64,000 nt of DNA from positions 4,402 to 68,401 of the forward strand of contig JBEPVD010000006.1 in the NCBI GenBank assembly GCA_041691155.1. The letters run 5' to 3'. The notes under the pieces were generated by a model. That model worked only from the letters and a program-made list of their open reading frames with translations, had not been told where the DNA came from and did not search any database. Within the stretch, counting starts at the first letter, position 1. Each line of letters starts with the position of its first letter. A program made the translations under genes and the position numbers. Origin of the DNA: Candidatus Dormiibacterota bacterium. GTDB lineage: Bacteria > Chloroflexota > Dormibacteria > Aeolococcales > Aeolococcaceae. Shown here in pieces: positions 53,980 through 62,400 of this stretch.

Positions 53980-56900
53980 TTGGTGAGCCTGATTCGTCGC
54001 CTGGCCCGACGGACTGTCAACGCAGGGCGTGGCCACCTGATTCCTGCCATCGCCCTCAGCGCGTTGGCGCTGTGGATGATGCGCGCGTTTCTGTTGACGC
54101 CGGCACTTCCAGCCGGTACCGACATGCTGGGATTCATCGTACGAGCGCGCGCGAACGCCGGCGCCGGGTTGGTCAGCGTGTGGTCGAGTCCCGGCTACGG
54201 CGGCCTGCAGACCGTCACCATCGACCAACTGCTCGGCGCGCTGACGCTGGTGACGCGAAGCGCAGTCGCCACCGTGAAGGTCGTCTCGTTCCTCGTCATG
54301 AGCGGAGGCGCCTTCGGGGTGTACCTGCTCAGCTGGCGCTGGTACCGGAAGCGTCCGGCGGCGGTGCTTGCCGGCGCGTTGTATGTGCTCTCGCAGGTCT
54401 GGCTCGGGCAATGGGCCAGCGGCCACCTGAACATTGCGGTTGCCTTCTGCGTGCTTCCGTTCGCTCTTCTCCTCGTTTCCGAGATGCTGAACGGTGCGTC
54501 GTTGTGGTTCGCGGCACTCCTCGGCGTGACCATCGCCTTGGTGGCTGCAATCCGGCCCGACATGGTGCTGTACATCGCGCCGATGCTCGCCCTCTACGTG
54601 CTCTTCCGGGTCGTGACCTCGGATACCGTGGCGACGCTTCGACGCGCCATCCGTGGGTGCGCGATCGCGGCTGCAACTGCCGTCGCCATCGACATGTACC
54701 AGATCGTGCCGCTGCTTGCGGGGTATCGAGCCCCCTGGGCATCCACCGGACAGCTTTTCGGATTTCAGGATTTGATCAACCACAGTCTCTCTGCGCTTCC
54801 GTCGCTGCTCGGATTCGTTCAGGAAACCGGCTACCTGGGGTACACCGGTCTGCAGTCGGCCTCGTCGAACGCGTTGCTGCCGCAGTGGGCGTACCTGGGA
54901 TCCGCCGCCTTGATGGTGGTTGTCGCGGTCGGGGCATTCGCCTGGCACCGCGGGCGCAACACAGTGTTTCTCGTCCTCCTCGCGGTCGTTTCCACGCTGA
55001 TGGCCAGCGCGACGCACACGCAGTTGCTCGCCGCCTATGAAGCTGTAGCCCGCCTCATCCCTCTGGTCGACAGCTTCCGCGATCCAGACCGCTGGCTGAT
55101 CCTCCAGGCACTTGCGTGCGGAATCCTTGCCGGTCTGACCATCAGCGGCGTCGCGGCGCACCTGCGAAATTTGCGACGTCATGCGCCGTCAGTGACGCGG
55201 CGATGGAGTTGGGGCGCACTGGAAGTGACGACACCGGCAGCGCTGCTCTTGCTCGTGTTGCTCCCGGTGTCACCGACGATCATCGCCGGACTGAGCGGAT
55301 ACACACCGACGGCACAGCAGCTGTCACTGCTCTCCGCCGTCCGCGGTGATACCGGCGCGTTCACGGTCGCATCGGTGCCGTACGCGAGGACCTACAGCTT
55401 CGTCGACCAACCTGGATTGCGCGGTTACGAAAACGACCTCGGGACCAGTAGTTCGCTGTTCACTGGTCACCCCACGCTCGGGATCGGTGACTCGAGCGCC
55501 GCGAACGGGAACGCTGTCGCGTACCAGGGTTCCCTGCTGCAATCGGAAGACCCAGCGTTCGAGCGCCTCATGGGCACGCTCGGCACCAAGTACCTGCTCG
55601 ACTTCTCGTACCCCGATCCACCAGCGGCGGTGGTCACGAACTCATCGGGTGTTGTGCAGGAAGCGGTGGCACCATATGCGGATCAGCAGTCGTTGGCGGC
55701 GATCCCAGGGTTCACCACCGTTGCTGCCAACAGCAGTGGCGCACTCGACAGACTCTCGTCATTTGCGCCGCAACTGACCTTGCGTACCAACGTCGCCGTG
55801 GTGCTCGGCGGCGCGACCGGCCTTGCGGCGCTTGCCGATCTTCCCGGTGTGGACCTGAATCGCTGGGCGGCCATGACCTCCGATGGCCTGGTCGCGTCCG
55901 GCGGCATCCCGGAGCTCGTCGCCGCGATCCATCGGGCGGATCTTGTTGTGGTCAGTGACACGACTCCTGACGACGTGGCCGTACAGGGAGTGCACCCACT
56001 GGCTCAGTTGAACGGAATATCCGGGACGCTTTCCGACGGCGCGTCGATCCCCACCGGCGCAACGCAACTTGCGGCATCCGGCGACTCGGTCAGCCCAACC
56101 GTCAGCGCAGCCAGCGCCGGCGCAAAACAATCAACGCGCACGTTTGCGCTGCCGCGAACGCAGTCCGTTGAGGTGTGGGCCCTTGTGCGCACAGGGCCAA
56201 CTGCTGGCGAGCTCGACTTCGAGATGGACCACGAGCCGTCGATGAACGTCGTACCGCTTTCGATGGCGGATGGAGCCTTCAGCTGGGTTCTTGCCGGCGA
56301 GACGACGCTCGGCTCCGGCACCCACACCTTGAGGCTCACCGCACGTGACTCGAGTTTCGGTAGCAACTACGACGTCGCGGACGTGCGCGTGGTTGATGCG
56401 GGCGCACGCCAATCTGCCACCTCCGTTCTGGACACAGCATTGGCCGAGCACGCCGCGAACATCGCCTACGTCATGGATGCGGCCGACGCCCAGAAATGGG
56501 GCAATCAGCCACCGCCGACCATCCCCTTGTCCTCGGGCGCTGATCTGTCGTCGTTCTGGGCGCCTCCCGACACCAGTCACGTCACCGTGACCACCGCCGA
56601 CGGCCAGAGTTCGCAATCTGTCGTTGCAAGGATCGTCCCGAACAGGCGGTACTACACGATCGTGCAGCACGAGTTCGCGAGCCCCGTCGACTGGTCAGGG
56701 GCGGGATATGTGACCGTCCCGTTCCAGGGAACAGGTGACGGCGAACACCTGCAGCTGGTGGTCCTGGCCTCCGAGAGCAGCGCGTCAAGGATTTACACGA
56801 TCACCGATGACCGCGCCGGGCCGCGAGACATCGCACTGAGCACTGCACCTGCCCCGGGCGCGTCAACGCCGTTCGACTGGTCTCAAGTCAACGAGATCCG

Positions 56901-57960
56901 CGTCTCGTCACCGCAGCGGCAACTCTCAATGAACTTGGCGCTGGGGATACCGGCGCTGACGGAGCCGTGGTCCGCATTCAACCTGAAACTCCAGATCAGT
57001 CCGGTCGCAGCGGGCCGCGACGCGGCCTTGGAGAGTTCGTCTGGTTCCGCCTGTCCGTCCGCCGGCACCCCGACGCCGATCGAAGCTGAGTCGACCGACG
57101 TGACGGTCGTGTTGAGCCCTGCTGAGGTCCGCAACGGCTGCCGCATTGTTGTCGTACCCGCTGCAGGGATCCACGCGCGTCCGAATGGAACGGTGCAGGT
57201 CCTCAATGAGGCCGGAAACGAGTACAGCGTCATCACCTACAGCCCGTATGCGGGGGTGCTGATGGTGGACACCGGCTACGACCCGGGCTGGCGTGACTCT
57301 GTTGATGGCCATGCGTCGCTCGGCGCGCAGCCGCTCTTCTCGCTGGTCAACGGGTTCGACGTCCCTCCAGGAGCGCACACGAGCGCCGTCTCATTCGCCG
57401 GCGATTGGACCGCAGTCCTCGGCGCGGCACTGTCAATCGGGACAGTGGTACTGGTCGGCGTGCTGTCGCTGGTGGCATTCGTCTGGCGGCGTCGGCGTCG
57501 GACGAAACTCGATACCACGACGGTGGTTATGGCTCCAACCGTCACGCCCGACCTTGTTCCGAAGACACACTCGCGCGCCGTGGCACTGCGTCTCTCGTTG
57601 GCGTACATGGGTAGCGGACTGATCACGGCGCTGTTGATCCTGGCGGCCGGACCCGGCATCTTTTCCCTGCCCATTTTCGTGCTTGCACCATTTGTGGTTC
57701 TGCTCCTCTGGTTCTTGTCCATCCCCTGGTGGCTCTCCTGGCTGGCGGGTTCGGTCCTCGTCGCGATGACGGCCGTAGCCACCGGGCTCGGACACTCATG
57801 GGGGGCCGATGGCTTCGCATTGGTCAGCCTCATCCTGTTCGTGAACGCGGCCCTCGGCATCGTGACGTCGCATTTCAATCCCGCGGACACACGTGCGGAT
57901 ACCTCGCGTGCGGCACTCGTACTCGACGCTCCAGAGCAGCTCACCCTGGCAAGCTTCTAG
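53980..57960 (+). CDS. 1326-aa polytopic membrane protein, GT-C-like, with very large extracytoplasmic domain and a second C-terminal TM block
   Basis: TTG/GTG start at 53980/53983. N-terminal multi-TM block of about 430 aa, soluble region of about 750 aa, a TM followed by RRRRR, then four or more further TM helices. Shares the LGxxYLL segment after the TM block with the 720-aa protein. Confidence 0.6.
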   Translation: MVSLIRRLARRTVNAGRGHLIPAIALSALALWMMRAFLLTPALPAGTDMLGFIVRARANAGAGLVSVWSSPGYGGLQTVTIDQLLGALTLVTRSAVATVKVVSFLVMSGGAFGVYLLSWRWYRKRPAAVLAGALYVLSQVWLGQWASGHLNIAVAFCVLPFALLLVSEMLNGASLWFAALLGVTIALVAAIRPDMVLYIAPMLALYVLFRVVTSDTVATLRRAIRGCAIAAATAVAIDMYQIVPLLAGYRAPWASTGQLFGFQDLINHSLSALPSLLGFVQETGYLGYTGLQSASSNALLPQWAYLGSAALMVVVAVGAFAWHRGRNTVFLVLLAVVSTLMASATHTQLLAAYEAVARLIPLVDSFRDPDRWLILQALACGILAGLTISGVAAHLRNLRRHAPSVTRRWSWGALEVTTPAALLLLVLLPVSPTIIAGLSGYTPTAQQLSLLSAVRGDTGAFTVASVPYARTYSFVDQPGLRGYENDLGTSSSLFTGHPTLGIGDSSAANGNAVAYQGSLLQSEDPAFERLMGTLGTKYLLDFSYPDPPAAVVTNSSGVVQEAVAPYADQQSLAAIPGFTTVAANSSGALDRLSSFAPQLTLRTNVAVVLGGATGLAALADLPGVDLNRWAAMTSDGLVASGGIPELVAAIHRADLVVVSDTTPDDVAVQGVHPLAQLNGISGTLSDGASIPTGATQLAASGDSVSPTVSAASAGAKQSTRTFALPRTQSVEVWALVRTGPTAGELDFEMDHEPSMNVVPLSMADGAFSWVLAGETTLGSGTHTLRLTARDSSFGSNYDVADVRVVDAGARQSATSVLDTALAEHAANIAYVMDAADAQKWGNQPPPTIPLSSGADLSSFWAPPDTSHVTVTTADGQSSQSVVARIVPNRRYYTIVQHEFASPVDWSGAGYVTVPFQGTGDGEHLQLVVLASESSASRIYTITDDRAGPRDIALSTAPAPGASTPFDWSQVNEIRVSSPQRQLSMNLALGIPALTEPWSAFNLKLQISPVAAGRDAALESSSGSACPSAGTPTPIEAESTDVTVVLSPAEVRNGCRIVVVPAAGIHARPNGTVQVLNEAGNEYSVITYSPYAGVLMVDTGYDPGWRDSVDGHASLGAQPLFSLVNGFDVPPGAHTSAVSFAGDWTAVLGAALSIGTVVLVGVLSLVAFVWRRRRRTKLDTTTVVMAPTVTPDLVPKTHSRAVALRLSLAYMGSGLITALLILAAGPGIFSLPIFVLAPFVVLLLWFLSIPWWLSWLAGSVLVAMTAVATGLGHSWGADGFALVSLILFVNAALGIVTSHFNPADTRADTSRAALVLDAPEQLTLASF

Positions 57961-58122
57961 AAGCCGGATCTGGCGTGCGCCGCCAACGGTCGGCGTGACC
58001 TGAGCAATCGCCTCCACCCCGGCCGCGATCGCCTTGCCAACGCTGCGTTGAGGTGCTTTCAGTGAAACCTTCGAAGGCACCGGACTCGTCAATACACAGC
58101 CGCCCTACACTGGCCACACCTC

Positions 58123-58671
58123 ATGCCTGCTGATCCGAAGACGAGCCCAAGCGGGCCAACCCCTCTCGACAAGGCAGCCGGAGGTGGCGGCCAGGTTTGG
58201 TCGTGGCCGGAGATACGCCGGGGGACTCCGCTCCGGGTCCTGATCGACCTTGTGCAGTACGGCGTCGCGATCGTGCTGCTGGTTCTCGCAGGCGTGGTGC
58301 TCGTGAAGAGCTTCATCGACTTCATCACCTCCGTCACGTCGGCGCAGGGATACATCCCATCGCTGATCAACGCAATCGACGGCGTACTCGTTGTGATCAT
58401 CCTCGTCGACATCATGCGGACCGTCCTCACCCATCTCGAGGGATGGGGCTTCCCCTACCGACCGTTCCTGGTGATCGGGATCATCGCGGCCGTCCGGGAC
58501 ATACTCGCCGTCTCGACCCGCCTGACATTGGGAACGACCGCGGGAGCCGGTGGCGCGTCGATTCAACAGTCTTTGCTGGAGCTGGGGACCAACGCCGGCG
58601 TCATCCTCGTGCTCGCAGTGGCGCTACTCCTGACGCGCGGGCAGGACGTCGACGCCGAGACCGGCGGGTAA
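58123..58671 (+). CDS. PsiE-like (phosphate-starvation-inducible E family) membrane protein
   Basis: 182 aa, four TM helices. DGVLVVIILVDIMRTV segment as in PsiE-family proteins. Confidence 0.5.
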   Translation: MPADPKTSPSGPTPLDKAAGGGGQVWSWPEIRRGTPLRVLIDLVQYGVAIVLLVLAGVVLVKSFIDFITSVTSAQGYIPSLINAIDGVLVVIILVDIMRTVLTHLEGWGFPYRPFLVIGIIAAVRDILAVSTRLTLGTTAGAGGASIQQSLLELGTNAGVILVLAVALLLTRGQDVDAETGG

Positions 58672-58962
58672 TAGCGCGCGGTTGATCAGCGTGGTCTCGT
58701 CGATGGGCTCGCCCATGGTCCAGTACTCCCACGCACCAAGCTCCAGGTAGGTGTGGTGGTAGCGAGGGTTGCTGGAATCGCGCGGCCACGGCTTCACGAT
58801 ACCGGCCGTTCGGATGAGTGCCACGAAGCCGCGAAACTGCGGTTCGAGATCCACGCGCCATGCCAGTACGGTGTACTCATGTGGCCAGAGCGGCATGGTC
58901 TTGGCGAACTGCCAGCGCACCGTGGCGATATAGGCGCGCGCGCCGTCGACGGTAAAGGTCAT
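58624..58962 (-). CDS. hypothetical protein
   Basis: 112-aa ORF (WQFAKTMPLWPHEYTV ... YWTMGEPIDETTLINR), last gene of the minus-strand Ig-protein string. Its 3' end overlaps the convergent psiE-like gene by 48 nt. Confidence 0.45.
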   Translation of the reverse strand: MTFTVDGARAYIATVRWQFAKTMPLWPHEYTVLAWRVDLEPQFRGFVALIRTAGIVKPWPRDSSNPRYHHTYLELGAWEYWTMGEPIDETTLINRALLPAGLGVDVLPARQE

Positions 58963-59017
58963 GTGCCCACGGTGAGGCGACCGAGCGACAGGTGGCTGTC
59001 GCGTGTCAGCGCAATGG

Positions 59018-59440
59018 TCAGCGAGGGTCTTTCCTGTCCAGGTTCCAGTGCCGCCCGACGTTCGCGATCCACCCCCCGCTAGGTGTCGGCGAAAGTCCGA
59101 ATCTGCTGATCATTCGCTGGCCGCCCTCGTGATCCCCGTACATCAGGTCGATTGTCACGGTCCGCTCGGCGGCGGCCGCATCACGAGCAACGGTGAACAG
59201 TGGCTCGTTGCGATCGCGAGGGGCACCCTGCCAGAAACCGATATCGCCTGCGGGCACGTAGATGTCTCGGGTGAGCCGCCGGAAGTCTTTCGGGTCCGCG
59301 TGCAGACCCGTGGTCACGCGGTCGGGCGAGAAGTACCACCCGTGCAACACCGCAATGCCGGCCCCGGCATTGCGCAGCGTGATGACGAGATAGATCGCCT
59401 CGTCGGTCACCTCGAAGGATGCGTGGCCTCCCGCAACCAT
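59018..59440 (-). CDS. hypothetical protein
   Basis: 140-aa ORF with balanced composition, 46 nt downstream of the Ig-repeat gene on the same strand. No motif that I can name. Confidence 0.45.
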   Translation of the reverse strand: MVAGGHASFEVTDEAIYLVITLRNAGAGIAVLHGWYFSPDRVTTGLHADPKDFRRLTRDIYVPAGDIGFWQGAPRDRNEPLFTVARDAAAAERTVTIDLMYGDHEGGQRMISRFGLSPTPSGGWIANVGRHWNLDRKDPR

Positions 59441-59486
59441 GACGTGATGGTTGTCGGCGAAGGAGACTTTCTGTGGCAGGTCCTGC

Positions 59487-62400
59487 TTAGCGATCCCCGC
59501 GAATCAGGGCGCCAGTGCTGCACCGACGGCGCCGGACGCACGCGCCCAGCGCGATGAACATGATGCCGAGCCCTGCAGCGAGGGAAGCCCACAGGCCGCT
59601 CGCTCCTGCGTTGGCGCCGGCGTCAGGGGTTGGGATTTGCGGGTCGTTGTAGACGGTCACCGTGAACGCCGGCGACGTCGAGGCGGTAAAGGCACCGTCG
59701 CCGTTGTAGAGCGCGGTGATGGTGCTGGTTCCGTCAACAGCGTACGCGACGCTGCACGACGCGACCCCGTTCACCAGTGGCTGCGTCGAGCAACCGGCGA
59801 TCGGAGCGCCGCCGTCCAGGAACGTGACCGTGCCGGTCGCCACGCCAGTCGCAGGCGCCACGGGCGACACGGTCGCGGTTATCGTGCCGGCCACATCGGC
59901 GGGCCACATGGTACTGGCAGATGTGAGCGAGATCGACGTGGTGCCGTGGACCACACTTTCTGTGACCATTGGCGACGCGGAACCGGTGAAGTTGGCGTCA
60001 CCGCTGTAGGTCGCGGTGATCACGTGGCTGCCTGCGCTGGCGTAGGTTGGATCGCAGGTCGCGACGCCGGACGCAAGCGGCAGCGCGATGCATCCGGTGA
60101 TGCTCGACGCGCCGTCCATGAAGGTCACGGTCCCGGTCGGTGTGCCGGCCGCGGGGGAGGTTGCGACAACGGCGGCGGTGTAGGTCACCTCCAGTCCAGG
60201 CAATGCCGGGTTGACCGACGGTGCCACCAGCGTGGTGGTCGCGCCCTGGTTCACCGTGTGCGTGAAGGGTGCCGACGTCGAACTCAAGAAATCGACGTCA
60301 CCGCTGTACACCACGGTGATTGGGTGGCTGCCGGCACCGGCGTAGGTGACGGTGCACGTGGCAGTATCGGCGATGGCTGCGATCAGTCCGCACCCGGGGA
60401 GCGGCGCGCCGCCGTCCATGAAGGTCGCCGTGCCGGTCAGTGTGCCGGTGGCGGGAGCGACGGCGGTGATCGTCGCGGTGAACGCGACGGTCTCCCCGGA
60501 CACAGACGGGTTGGTTGACGATGTCACCATCGTTGCCGTCGCTCCCTGGTTGATTTTCTGTGTGAGCGTCACCGACGTCGAGCCGGTGAAGTCGGTGTCA
60601 CCGGTGTACGTTGCAGTGATTGCATGCATCCCCACACCGGCGTAGGTGGCGCTGCACGAGGCGACGCCGCCGACCACGGGTTGGGCACCGCACCCACTGA
60701 TCGGCGATCCGCCGTCCGTGAACGCGATGGTTCCGGTCGGCGTTCCGGCGGACGGTGCGACTGCGCTGACCGTGGCGTTGTACGTCACCGATTGCCCGCT
60801 CACGGAGGGATTCGCCGACGAGGTCGCGAGCGTCGTGGTCGCGCCCTGGTCGATGGTCTGCGTGAGGATCGGCGATGTCGATGTGCTGAAGTCCGCGTCG
60901 CCGCTGTAAGTGGCGGAAATGGCATTCGGACCGGTCGCGAGCGTGCTGACGGCGCAGGTCGCCTGGTTTGCGACCAGTGGCTGCGCGGTGCATCCGGTGA
61001 TGTCGGCGCCGGCAGCCTGGAAGTCGACCGTGCCCGTTGGCGCTCCGGACCCCGGCGCGACGACGGACAGTGTCGCCATGATCGTCACGCTCTGACCGGT
61101 CACTGAGGGATTCAGCGACGATGCGACGGCTGTCGATGTCGATGCCGGGCTGACCGTCTGCGTCAGAGTCGACGACGTCGCGGCGGTGAAGTTCGCGTCA
61201 CCCGCGTAGATGACGGAGATCGTGTGCGTGCCGGCACCGGCGTACGAGACCGTGCAGGTCGCTGTGCCGCCGGCCGGGAGTGCTTTCGCGCCGCATCCGG
61301 CGATGGTGACCCCACCGTCCTGGAATGCCACCGAGCCGGTCGGCGTTCCCAGAGCGGGCGCGACGACGCTCACGGTCGCGGTGTAGGTCACCGACTGCCC
61401 GGAGACCGATGGATCCAGCGAGGAGAGGACGATGGCAGCAGTGACGCCCTTGTTGACCGTCTCGGTGAACTCCGGGGACGTGCTGGTGAGGAAGTCCGCA
61501 CTGCCCTTGAACAACCCGGTGATTGCACGGCCGCCGGCTGTGAGCGCGGAGGTGGTGCAGGTCGCAACGCCGGCGACGAGCGCGACACTGCTGCAGCCCG
61601 CGATGTTCGCACCGCCATTCTGGAACGCGACGTTGCCGGTGGCGGTACCACCGCCCGGGGCGGTCACGGTGACGGTGGCCGTGAAGGTCACCGATTGTCC
61701 GAACACGCTCGGGTTGACCGTCGACGTGATGACCGTGGTGGTCGACGCTGCGGTGACCACCTGCGTCAGCGCAGGAGAGGTGCTCGCTGCGTGCGTGGCA
61801 TCACCGCCGTAGACGGCGGTGATGCTCCGCGAGCCCAGCGCGGGTGTCGCGGCGCACGTGGCGACTCCGGCAACCATCGGCACCGCGACGCACCCGGCGA
61901 TGTTGCTGCCGCCGTCGCGGAAGGTGATCGTTCCGGTGGCGACCGGTCCGCCGCTGACCGTCGCTGAGTAGATGATCGTCTGTCCGAAGACCGACGGATT
62001 CGCTGACGAGACGACGCCGGTTGCCGTCGTGTTGATGACCGTCTGCGTGAGTGCGGGCGATGTGCTGGTCGTGAAGTTGGTGTCCCCGCTATAGACGGCG
62101 GTGATCGGGTCGACACCGGCGGGGAGGGTGCTGGTGGCGCACGTCGCAGTGGCCGCCCCCGAGAGTGCCTGTGCCGCGCAGCCTGCGATGTCGACACCGC
62201 CCACCTGGAAGTCGACGGTGCCGGTGCCGGTGCCCTTCGCCGGTGCGACCGGGCTGACGGTCGCGGTGAACGTCACGGTCACACCGGTGTTGGACGGGTT
62301 GAGTGACGAGACGACCTTGGTAGTGGTGTTTCCCTGGCCGACGTTCTGGCTGAGGATCGAGGAGGTCGAACCGGTGAAGTTGCCGTCACCGCTGTAGATC

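Noticed and set aside
53866-55182. 438-aa minus-strand ORF
   Set aside because: It is antisense to the hydrophobic N-terminal block of the 1326-aa membrane protein, and it is highly charged and Arg/Gln-rich.
53980-57960. Assignment of the 1326-aa protein as AftD-type arabinofuranosyltransferase
   Set aside because: Size and architecture are similar, but I do not see the N-terminal sequence features I associate with AftD-like proteins. No other arabinogalactan/LAM genes are nearby, so it is left as an unassigned GT-C-like protein.
59451-60518. 355-aa plus-strand ORF
   Set aside because: It is antisense to the Ig-repeat gene, with Gly/Arg/Asp-rich periodic composition mirroring the repeats.
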